Positions 9,321 to 18,034 of a stretch of DNA of 64,000 nt are shown here, one piece after another. Source of the DNA: Promethearchaeota archaeon (lineage in GTDB: Archaea; Asgardarchaeota; Lokiarchaeia; Sigyniarchaeales; SOKP01); NCBI GenBank assembly GCA_016839585.1, contig JAEOTZ010000072.1, forward strand, positions 32,001-96,000, read 5' to 3'. Numbering within the stretch: the stretch's first letter is position 1; each line of letters starts with the position of its first letter. Both the position numbers and the translations under genes were made by a program. The notes under the pieces are model-generated. The model did not search any database. It saw only the letters and a program-made list of their open reading frames with translations, and was not told where the DNA came from.

Positions 9321-9404
9321 ACGTCAATTTTTAAATCAATGTACAAATATAAACTTTTTTTAATGATATTCTAGTAGAAAAATATAATTTTATCGTTATT
9401 TCAC

Positions 9405-10085
9405 ATGGCAATTTTAAGGTCTCAAGTATTTGGGAAGAGTCTAATAGGTGTTTACTTAACATGTAATAATTCATATATCCTATATCCTCCTACAACATTA
9501 AAGACTACATTTATAAAATTTAAAGAAATATTTGGGGAGCCATTTTATCCAGTTACTATTAATAATTCTAACTTATTAGGAATATATACTGTATCAAATA
9601 AATATGGAATTATAGTTCCTCATATAATAAAAGATGAGGAACTTGATAAATTGAAAAGTTATCTAAATGAGTTACATAATTCTTCACAAATTGGTATTTT
9701 GAAATCAATTGATAATGCTTTTGGAAACCTTATCTTATGTAATGATAAAGGTGCTATAATTAGCTCGTTGCTAAAAAATTATAAAAAAGAGATCGAGGAT
9801 ATTTTAAGTGTTGAGACCGTCATTTATGAATTTGCTGATAATTATCTTCCTGGTTCAATTTCCTTAGCAAATAATCATGGTTGCCTAGTTCATCCTCTTT
9901 CAACCGATGAGGAAATAGAATATATTTCTTCAATATTAAAAGTTGATGAGATCGATGTATCTACTGTAAATCGTGGTATTCCTTATCTCTCTTCAGGGGC
10001 AATTGTGAATGATAAGAGTGGGATTTTTGGAGCCGATTGTACAGGTCCAGAAATGATGCGCCTAACAGATATATTAAAATTGTAG
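9405..10085 (+). CDS. eif6: Translation initiation factor 6 (aIF6)
   Basis: IGVY, AFGNLILCNDKGA, TVNRG..Y repeats; synteny. Confidence 0.95.
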   Translation: MAILRSQVFGKSLIGVYLTCNNSYILYPPTTLKTTFIKFKEIFGEPFYPVTINNSNLLGIYTVSNKYGIIVPHIIKDEELDKLKSYLNELHNSSQIGILKSIDNAFGNLILCNDKGAIISSLLKNYKKEIEDILSVETVIYEFADNYLPGSISLANNHGCLVHPLSTDEEIEYISSILKVDEIDVSTVNRGIPYLSSGAIVNDKSGIFGADCTGPEMMRLTDILKL

Positions 10086-10249
10086 GAGATTGACTAAATA
10101 TTTTTTTTTCATTAATATTTTTGATAGGTTAGAAGAAGTAGTTATAAGTTTTAATATTGAACTTAATAAAGAAATTAAAAAAGCAAAATTTAATATTTTT
10201 AAAATAATTATCAATTTTAAATTCATGGATACAATCGGAATGAAAATTT

Positions 10250-10477
10250 ATGTCTGAGATAAAAATATATAGAATTATTGGCAACTACATTAAAAATCAT
10301 AAGAAATATTTATTTCGTAAAGAAGTACGTGCCTTAAAAGAAGAAGACGCTCTTGAAAAAGTCTTATGTAAAATTACTTCTATTGGTATTTTTAGACGTC
10401 AAATTACAATTCAAGAAATTAAAGAGATAAGTTTAGAGGAATCTCAAGACTATCTAATCCGTGAATTATCTCAATAA
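10250..10477 (+). CDS. rpl18a: 50S ribosomal protein LX (eL20/L18a)
   Basis: IYRIIG, FRKEVRALKEEDALEKV; lies between eIF6 and pfdA. Confidence 0.88.
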   Translation: MSEIKIYRIIGNYIKNHKKYLFRKEVRALKEEDALEKVLCKITSIGIFRRQITIQEIKEISLEESQDYLIRELSQ

Positions 10478-10499
10478 TTAAGAAATAATTCTTAAAGTT

Positions 10500-10925
10500 T
10501 TGATAAAAGTGGTTGGTCCTCAAGAATATCAAGAGCAACTAATAAAATTTCGTTATTTAAAGGAGCAACGTGATATGTATCAAAGTCAATTAGAAATTAT
10601 CAATGCATCACGTGCGAATGTAATGAATTCTAAAAATACTTTAGAAAATTTAAAAGAAGGAGTAAAAGAAGATGACGAAATTTTAGTTCCAATTGGAGGT
10701 ATAGTAAATATTAAAGCATCTATTAAAGAACCAGAAAAAGTTTTACTTGCTGTTAACCAAGATGTTGTAATTGAAAAGGATTTAGCAAGTGCGATTGAAT
10801 TTCTTGAGAAGATAATAGAACAACATAATAAACAAGTAGAATTCTTAGGAACTCAATTACAAAATTTAGATATAAACCTAAATAAAATCTCTCAAGTCAT
10901 TCAAAGAGATATTCTTCAAAAATAA
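10500..10925 (+). CDS. pfdA: Prefoldin alpha subunit
   Basis: Coiled coils flanking EILVPIGG...KVLLAV hairpins; synteny. Confidence 0.92.
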   Translation: MIKVVGPQEYQEQLIKFRYLKEQRDMYQSQLEIINASRANVMNSKNTLENLKEGVKEDDEILVPIGGIVNIKASIKEPEKVLLAVNQDVVIEKDLASAIEFLEKIIEQHNKQVEFLGTQLQNLDINLNKISQVIQRDILQK

Positions 10926-10988
10926 GCTTGTTTTATATATAATCTTGTTATAATTTCAGAGATTTTTTAAATTAGTGTGGAGAAATAA

Positions 10989-11888
10989 ATGCTCGAAAAA
11001 TTGAAGAATACTTTTTCACTTTTTGTAAAAAAAACCCTAACGGAAAAAAAAATGGACGAGGCTATCAATGATTTAAAACTCCTGCTTGTAAGCAATGATG
11101 TTGCTATGGATACTGCTGATGAGATTTGCAACAAGATAATTGACTCTTTTAAGGGAGAACAAATAGGTCGATTAACTTCAACTAAAAAAATGGTATTTGA
11201 TACGCTAAAAGATGTTATAACAGGTATACTAACACCTGAAAACGAAGTAGATTTATTGGATGAAATAAAGAAAAAGAGTAAAAAAAATGAGCCATATGTA
11301 ATTGTATTTATTGGGGTTAATGGAACTGGAAAAACAACTACTATGGCTAAAATCGCTTATTTTTTAAAAAAAAATGGATTCTCGATTGTAGCAGCTGCCT
11401 CAGATACATTTCGGGCAGCAGCAATCGAACAATTATCATATCACATGAATAATGTAGGTATACGAGTTATTAAACATTCTTATAAATCTGATCCTGCTTC
11501 AGTTGCTTATGATGCCATTGAACATGCTAAAGCTAAAAATATAGATGTTGTTCTGATAGATAGTGCTGGTCGTCAAGTATCAGATAAAAATTTAATGATT
11601 GAAATTCAAAAAATTTGTAGAATCGCTCAACCTGATTTGAAGATTCTGATTGCTGATAGTCTTGCCGGAAATGATGCATTATATCAAGCAAGAGAATTCG
11701 ACAAGCACGTAGGGATTGATGCAAATATCTTAACTAAGTTAGATGCTGATGCGAGAGGTGGTGCAGCATTATCAATTTCTTTTGAAACAAAGAAACCTCT
11801 TCTATTTATCGGAGTTGGACAAAATTATGAAGATTTAATACCTTTTGATCGCGATTTTTTCATATCAAGTATTCTCGATATTTCATAA
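10989..11888 (+). CDS. ftsY: SRP receptor FtsY
   Basis: GVNGTGKTTT, DTFRAAA, DSAGR, TKLD..ARGG. Confidence 0.96.
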   Translation: MLEKLKNTFSLFVKKTLTEKKMDEAINDLKLLLVSNDVAMDTADEICNKIIDSFKGEQIGRLTSTKKMVFDTLKDVITGILTPENEVDLLDEIKKKSKKNEPYVIVFIGVNGTGKTTTMAKIAYFLKKNGFSIVAAASDTFRAAAIEQLSYHMNNVGIRVIKHSYKSDPASVAYDAIEHAKAKNIDVVLIDSAGRQVSDKNLMIEIQKICRIAQPDLKILIADSLAGNDALYQAREFDKHVGIDANILTKLDADARGGAALSISFETKKPLLFIGVGQNYEDLIPFDRDFFISSILDIS

Positions 11889-11949
11889 TAAAAAATATGA
11901 GTGTTTCCTCAAAAGTTAACTTTTTTAAAGACTAATTCTTAATTTTATT

Positions 11950-12189
11950 GTGTCAAACTACCCAAAATATGAAAAATATTCTCAATTTGAAAAGAAGAAG
12001 AAACCAAGTCTCTATGGAAGATTAGGAATTTTCTTTCAAAACACAAAAAGAATTTTGAAAATTTCAAATAAACCGGATAGGAAGGAATATTTTTTAGTTT
12101 TTAAAATTTGTGCCATTGGACTTGTTCTTTTAGGAGCAATATCATATATCATTCAACTAATTTTTAACTTTGTACCCTTTGCTATATAA
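11950..12189 (+). CDS. secE: Protein translocase SecE/Sec61-gamma
   Basis: RILKISNKPDRKEY followed by a C-terminal TM helix; follows ftsY. Confidence 0.9.
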   Translation: MSNYPKYEKYSQFEKKKKPSLYGRLGIFFQNTKRILKISNKPDRKEYFLVFKICAIGLVLLGAISYIIQLIFNFVPFAI

Positions 12190-12241
12190 TTTTCACTTTT
12201 TTCTATAATTCTTAAATAAGATCTAAATTTTTAAGATAACA

Positions 12242-12664
12242 ATGAAAGTCACACTTAATTATTCAGAGAACCTCCATTTTTTAGCACAAGCAAGGCGTTT
12301 TAAAAGGATTCATATTGATGAACCAGAATCATTTAGTGGTACAAATCTAGCGCCTAGCCCTCTTGAATATGTACTAATTGGAATCGGGGGTTGTATTGGT
12401 AATTCTTTTATCTATTGTCTACAAAAGCATAATATCCTAAGCGAGAAATTAGAAATTGTTGTAGATGGAAAATTAAAGCATTCAGGACCTAAATATACTT
12501 TAAAATTAGTAAAAATTGATATAGAGTTATTATTTACTCCTAAAAGTGGACAATCAAAAGAGAAGATTGATTTATGTAAAAAAATTTTTCAGGAATACTG
12601 TCCTGTATCAAATGTGATTACTAAAGAAACACCGCTTATTATAAGAATTAGACAAGAACTATAA
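12242..12664 (+). CDS. OsmC/Ohr-family protein
   Basis: DEP...G....PSPLE.VL...GGC and YCPV two-Cys pattern. Confidence 0.88.
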   Translation: MKVTLNYSENLHFLAQARRFKRIHIDEPESFSGTNLAPSPLEYVLIGIGGCIGNSFIYCLQKHNILSEKLEIVVDGKLKHSGPKYTLKLVKIDIELLFTPKSGQSKEKIDLCKKIFQEYCPVSNVITKETPLIIRIRQEL

Positions 12665-12699
12665 AGAAAGAAAAAAAAGAATCATTAAAATTTGATTAA

Positions 12700-13924
12700 T
12701 TAGAAATAGTGCACAGTAATATAATCAGGAACTACTACTTCCTCTTCTTTATTTTTGCAAGCAACAAAGTTTATTTTCATGTTTATTGATAGTGTGAGAA
12801 GACGTTTGGTTAAAATACCATCTATTATCAAATATTGGGTATCTTTATAATTTCTGATTTTTTCAAAAAGTTCTCCAACCATTATATCAAATAGCTTCTC
12901 CATTGCTTTATTAAAACCTATACTATGACCAGGTTCAATATCTTTAATACCCTCAATGATCGCAGATTCATTTTTAACCTTAAGATTTTTTAAAACATTA
13001 TATAGTCCCTCTTCTTTACCTGCATATTCTAATTCAACTTTTTCGATATCCTTTATTTCTTTAAACAAATTAGCGTTTTTCTTGTTTTGTAGTGCTTTTA
13101 TCAATTGCTTTCTAGTTAATTCCTCAACTTCATATCCCTCAGGAGCTCTAGCAATGAAATCAATTTTAGCAACTTGTAAAAGTTCCTTTAAAATGATCAT
13201 TCCACCCCTATCTCCATCCATAAACGCTGTTACCGAACTCTTATTTTTTGTTAATTTTATTACTGGCTTAGGCACTTGGGTTCCTTGGACTGCAATTGTA
13301 TTTTTAACACCAATCCTTAATAAGTTTAAAACATCTGCACGACCTTCCACAATTATTAAATCAGGATTAATATCTACTTCAGGTCCAGCAGGTAATTTTT
13401 CTTTACCCCAAGAAAGAATTTCTCCAAGTTTAATATCTGTGTCAATTTGTTCTTCTATTTCACTTGGTTCTAAAGATTTTTGATCCCACTCTTTTAAAAG
13501 TTCAGTAGCACGTTTAATTATTTTTTTTCGTTTTGTTTCGCGAACATCACGAATCTCTAAGAGTTTCATATCTGCTTCGCAAGGTCCAACCCTAGATACT
13601 GTTTCAACAGTCGCAGCTAATAGTGCTGTTTCTTTACGCGTGAGGCTACTAGGTATTTTAATGATCCCTTCGGAAATTCCTTCCTTGGATTCATTATCAA
13701 CCTCGATTCTTCCAATTCGTCCAGATTTTTGTAAATCCCTTAAATCCAGATCCAAAAGAAGACCTTCGGTTTAGCCGATTAAGCCGAATTGGCTTCAAGT
13801 TTCTTTATCTCTGGCCAAAAATAGCCCCCACAATATCGCTTTGTTCTACAACACCTTTAATTTTGAATTTTGTGGTGATAATATATTTTGTGGTAAATTC
13901 ATTTTGACTGGTAATCTTGATCAC
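12700..13924 (-). CDS. dnaG: Archaeal DnaG (TOPRIM, exosome-associated); join(13924..13811,13770..12700), ~394 aa after removing a 40-nt insertion
   Basis: Exon 1 TKYII...GVVEQSDIVGAIFGQ joins exon 2 TEGLLLDLDLRDLQKSGRIGRIEV; TOPRIM VEGRADV and DGDRGG intact. Confidence 0.92.
13771..13810 (-). other. Candidate 40-nt bulge-helix-bulge (BHB/BHL) mRNA intron in dnaG
   Basis: AGATAAAGAAACTTGAAGCCAATTCGGCTTAATCGGCTAA splits Q|T; helix GGCC/GGCU, bulges AG^A and AA^A, intron stem GAU/AUC. Confidence 0.8.
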
Positions 13925-14187
13925 TTCCTTAATTTTTATTTTTCATAATGAAATCTAAGCTCATATTCAAAATCTATGAGAGTAAAATGATATATTGTAT
14001 GAGTTTGATTTTTTGAATTTTTTAAATAATTTTAATATATAATTTAAAATCATCATTGCGATGATTATATTTTAATAGAATTATTCAATCAATTTATTTT
14101 TTGTGAATCTAAAGAATTTCTCAAAAAGTAAAAAATAATATCCTCATGAGATATTTATTTTTTAGATAAGAATTATAATCTATATCA

Positions 14188-14382
14188 ATGAGTTATTGGA
14201 ACAGAATTTTAATAGAAAAGCTTTTTTCACAATCCAAAAAAAATTATGTGAAATATAAATTAAATACAGATATAGGCAGATTTTATTTTTATTTTAAAAA
14301 AGAAAAAGGATCTGAATCTAAAGTTACAGGCAAATTGATTTTCTATCCTGATCCAAAACAACAGTTTCCTAATAAACCTTAG
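14188..14382 (+). CDS. Small hypothetical protein
   Basis: 64-aa ATG ORF in otherwise free space; no recognised motif. Confidence 0.4.
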   Translation: MSYWNRILIEKLFSQSKKNYVKYKLNTDIGRFYFYFKKEKGSESKVTGKLIFYPDPKQQFPNKP

Positions 14383-14495
14383 ATAATGTTATTATCTATA
14401 TTCTTCTTTAATATTAGTTTGAATCTGATTAGCTTTTTATGGCATTTTTATTTTTATTATATAATCTTAAAAATTTAAAATCTAAAAAGCCATAA

Positions 14496-15521
14496 ATGGA
14501 GAAAATTCTCGTTTTAGGTGGTAAAGGAGGAGTTGGAAAAAGCTCTATTAGCGCTGCTACAGCCGTTTTATTATCAGATTTGCTCCCTAATAAAAAGATA
14601 CTTCTGATTTCTTTTGATATGGCACACAATCTTAGTGACCTATTTCAATTAGAGATTAATAATAAACTTACTCCATTATCTAGAAACCTCTGGGGAATTG
14701 AACCCGATGCTAATATATATGCTGAGGAATACACAAAAGAACTGATACAAAAAATGAAAACCCTAATGATACAGATGCCTATTGTTGGGATGATCCCCCA
14801 AATTGAAAAATTTATAGATAAAACTTTTACAGCAAATTCTATTCCATTGGCCCTAAAAAATGCCATGTTTTTTCAAAAAATTTTAGACGCTGAAGATATT
14901 AATACTGATGATGTTCAATTTGATATAGTTATCGCAGATTTCCCTCCTACTGCAAACATGATTACTTTATTTGAGATTCCGGAAGATCAAGTAAAAGTAG
15001 TTTTAAAATATTCTTTAAACTTCTATAATTCAATTAAAGGAGCTATTAGAAATGTTTCAAAAATGTGGAGGAATATCATAAAACCATTTGATGATCGTGA
15101 ACAGCGAAGAGAATTAGGAAAAGAAATCTTTAATATGATTGTAGAGCTCGAAAAGCGCGGTGAACGAATTTCAGATCTGATTCACGATATTGGTTCACTT
15201 AGACTTGTTACTATTGCTGAAAAGCCGAGTTTTGAGGAAATAAAAAGAGCGAGAGATTTAACGGAAAAATATATTAAATTAGAAGGAGTTCACATTAATA
15301 TGATTACTCCTGAAGCAAAAAAATGTGATTTTTGCAATATTCTACACTCAAATCAACTAAAATATATCAAAGAAATTAAAAGTGAATTTAAAAAATTAAA
15401 GATCTGGCAATCTAAAAGACTTAAAGAAGAACCTATTGGAATAAATGGTTTGAAAAAATTAGCTTATGAGATTTATGGAGTAGATATTAACGCAGAGAAT
15501 ATTTTAAATCCAAAAATATAA
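14496..15521 (+). CDS. ArsA/Get3-family ATPase (single domain)
   Basis: GGKGGVGKSS P-loop, SFDMAHNLSD switch I, DFPPT switch II, CDFC. Confidence 0.9.
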   Translation: MEKILVLGGKGGVGKSSISAATAVLLSDLLPNKKILLISFDMAHNLSDLFQLEINNKLTPLSRNLWGIEPDANIYAEEYTKELIQKMKTLMIQMPIVGMIPQIEKFIDKTFTANSIPLALKNAMFFQKILDAEDINTDDVQFDIVIADFPPTANMITLFEIPEDQVKVVLKYSLNFYNSIKGAIRNVSKMWRNIIKPFDDREQRRELGKEIFNMIVELEKRGERISDLIHDIGSLRLVTIAEKPSFEEIKRARDLTEKYIKLEGVHINMITPEAKKCDFCNILHSNQLKYIKEIKSEFKKLKIWQSKRLKEEPIGINGLKKLAYEIYGVDINAENILNPKI

Positions 15522-15559
15522 TATTATGAATAAGATTAAGCTTTTAAAATACTAAAAAT

Positions 15560-16828
15560 TTAGGTTCCTTCAAGATAGCCATGAATATAGTTATATTGTT
15601 CCTCTGTTAATTTATCTATCTTAATACCCATCGATTCTAATTTTAGGAAGCCAACTTTATCATCAATTTCAGGGGGAATATTAATAATTCCAGCCTTCCA
15701 TGAACCCTTATTTCTAACAATATATTCTGACATTAAAGATTGTAATCCAAAACTCATATCCATTACTTCACTTGGATGACCTTCAGATAAAACTAGATTT
15801 GCCAAACGTCCCTTTGCCAATAAATATATTTTATTACCATTTGGAAGTATTAATTCCTCAACATGTCTACGAATAGGTTTAATTTCTATTGCATATTCGT
15901 ATAATTCTTTTGTGGGGATTTCAATATCAAAGTGTCCCAAATTTCCAAGAATAACTCCATCCTTAAGCATGTCAAATACTTCAGGTCTTGGAGGTAGAAC
16001 ATGCTTGCAACCTGTTGCGGTTAAGATAATTTCCGCATTTGGAACTGCTTTGGCAATTGGCATAACCTGATATCCTGCGAACCTTGCTTGAAGCGCTTTT
16101 ATTGGATCAACTTCGGTTATAATAACATCAGCTCCTAAACCTCTTGCTCTAAGTGCCATTCCTGAGCTGCAATGGCCATAACCTGCAATGACTACTTTCT
16201 TTCCCGCAAAAAGGACATGCATCCCGTAAATTGCTGAAATAATCCCTTGTCCTGTACCTAGCTCATTATCGAACTGGTTTTTACATCTTGCATCATTTAC
16301 AGGAAATAATGGAACTTTTAATGCTCCTTGTTTATCCATGGCCCTAAATCTCTTTACGCCTGTTGTTGTTTCCTCCTGGCATCCAATAATAGTTCCTTTT
16401 TCTATTAGTTCTGGAAATTCGTTATGCAATGTAACGATCATATCTCCTCCATCATCAATTAAGATATTTGGTTTAGCTTCTAAGCATTTTCTAATACACC
16501 AATAAAACTCTTCATCTGTATTGCCATGCCACGCGAATACATTTATATCTTCTTTAATTAGAGCCGCAGCAACATCATCTTGAGTGGATAATGGATTACT
16601 ACCACATAGATAAACTTCTGCTCCTCCCGATTTTAATGTTCGAGCTAAGTTTCCCGTTTCTTTTGTTATATGAAGACATCCTGCGATAACAACACCTACT
16701 AAAGGCTTTTCCTTCGTAAATCTATCTCGAATTACTTTAGCAGTTACAGGCATTTTCCTTTCCGCAACGTATAATGCTTCTTTTCCCTTTTCACTTAAAG
16801 ACTCATCGGCGACTTTGTAATTTACCAT
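15560..16828 (-). CDS. ahcY: Adenosylhomocysteinase
   Basis: GCLHIT, SNPLSTQD, DDGGD, EETTTG, GRLANL, GHPSEVMDMSF; ATG at 16828 follows an AGGTGA SD. Confidence 0.97.
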   Translation of the reverse strand: MVNYKVADESLSEKGKEALYVAERKMPVTAKVIRDRFTKEKPLVGVVIAGCLHITKETGNLARTLKSGGAEVYLCGSNPLSTQDDVAAALIKEDINVFAWHGNTDEEFYWCIRKCLEAKPNILIDDGGDMIVTLHNEFPELIEKGTIIGCQEETTTGVKRFRAMDKQGALKVPLFPVNDARCKNQFDNELGTGQGIISAIYGMHVLFAGKKVVIAGYGHCSSGMALRARGLGADVIITEVDPIKALQARFAGYQVMPIAKAVPNAEIILTATGCKHVLPPRPEVFDMLKDGVILGNLGHFDIEIPTKELYEYAIEIKPIRRHVEELILPNGNKIYLLAKGRLANLVLSEGHPSEVMDMSFGLQSLMSEYIVRNKGSWKAGIINIPPEIDDKVGFLKLESMGIKIDKLTEEQYNYIHGYLEGT

Positions 16829-16955
16829 TTTATAAATCACCTATTTTAAATTATTATGATTAATATTAGTAATTTTATGATCTTATTTAAATATGATCTT
16901 GGAAAATTGTATAATAATTATAAAAAGTTTAAGCAAATTATTATATATTTAAAAA

Positions 16956-17891
16956 ATGTATACTGAATTAATACAAAAATTGTATTCCAAAACAAAACCG
17001 AATATTACAAAAATTTCAAGAGAATTAAAGATTACAAGAGTTACTTTCCAAAATAGATTTGAACAGTTAGCTCGAGAACATATAATCAAGAACTTTACTA
17101 TAAATATTAATCCAAATATTTCACCAAATTTGAAATATATCATTCTTGAAATAAAAACTAATCCAAAAGAACCTCATCTTGTAGAAGAATTACAAAAAAT
17201 ACCCCAGTTAAAAATTTTAGATGGAATTTTTGGTGAGTTTTCACTCCTTACTTTATTTATTTTTAAAGATTCAAATGAATTTAGTCAAGTTTTAAATATA
17301 ATAGATAAAATAATGTCAAATTCTTATTTTAAAAAATATCAATTAGTTGAAGCAATTAGAGTTTACAAAACCTATGGAATTGAATTGACAAAAGTTAGAC
17401 TAGATGTTAATTATACTTTGGATAATATTAATTATTTAATTTTAAAAATTTTAGAAGAAGATCAAGGATTAAAATTGCTATCTACTTTTGAAATTTCTCG
17501 GATATTAAAAAGAAAATATCAAATTGAGATTTCTCAGTCAACAATTTACAATAGGATTAAAAATCTTGAACAAACAGGAATTATCTTAAATTATGCAATA
17601 AATTTTAATCCAAGCAAATTAGGATTTAAGGGAAAATTTTTTATTAGAATCAAACCAAGAGATACTTCAAAATATAACCAAATTGCTTTAAAATTAAAAA
17701 AGAAGCAAGAAATCACCCATCTATTTAGGATTGGTGAACAATATGGATTATTTGCCATTGTTCGAGTAAGAAATATTGAAGATTATGCATCTTTTATAAA
17801 ATATCTTTATGAAACAGAAGAAATAGAAGATACTTTTACCATTTTTGTCCTAGATGAGTTAAAACCATATACAAATTTTAAGTTTTATTAA
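16956..17891 (+). CDS. Tandem (double) Lrp/AsnC-family transcriptional regulator
   Basis: Two wHTH + RAM modules (e.g. STIYNRIKNLEQTGII, G.F/Y.L); divergent from ahcY. Confidence 0.85.
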   Translation: MYTELIQKLYSKTKPNITKISRELKITRVTFQNRFEQLAREHIIKNFTININPNISPNLKYIILEIKTNPKEPHLVEELQKIPQLKILDGIFGEFSLLTLFIFKDSNEFSQVLNIIDKIMSNSYFKKYQLVEAIRVYKTYGIELTKVRLDVNYTLDNINYLILKILEEDQGLKLLSTFEISRILKRKYQIEISQSTIYNRIKNLEQTGIILNYAINFNPSKLGFKGKFFIRIKPRDTSKYNQIALKLKKKQEITHLFRIGEQYGLFAIVRVRNIEDYASFIKYLYETEEIEDTFTIFVLDELKPYTNFKFY

Positions 17892-18034
17892 AAAAACTGT
17901 TTTATAAATCCAAAGAAAGTTGTTGAATTTAGGAAATCTATTTCTAATTACATGTAACTAAATTCTTAATAACTTTCGGATATTTCATTAAATAATACGA
18001 AAAATAAATCCTATAATATCTTTTATTAAAAAAG

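Noticed and set aside
12700-13755. dnaG starting at the TTG at 13755, or explained by a simple frameshift
   Set aside because: The conserved N-terminal 38 codons lie upstream, separated by a 40-nt insert with an immediate stop, so ribosomal slippage cannot restore the motif.
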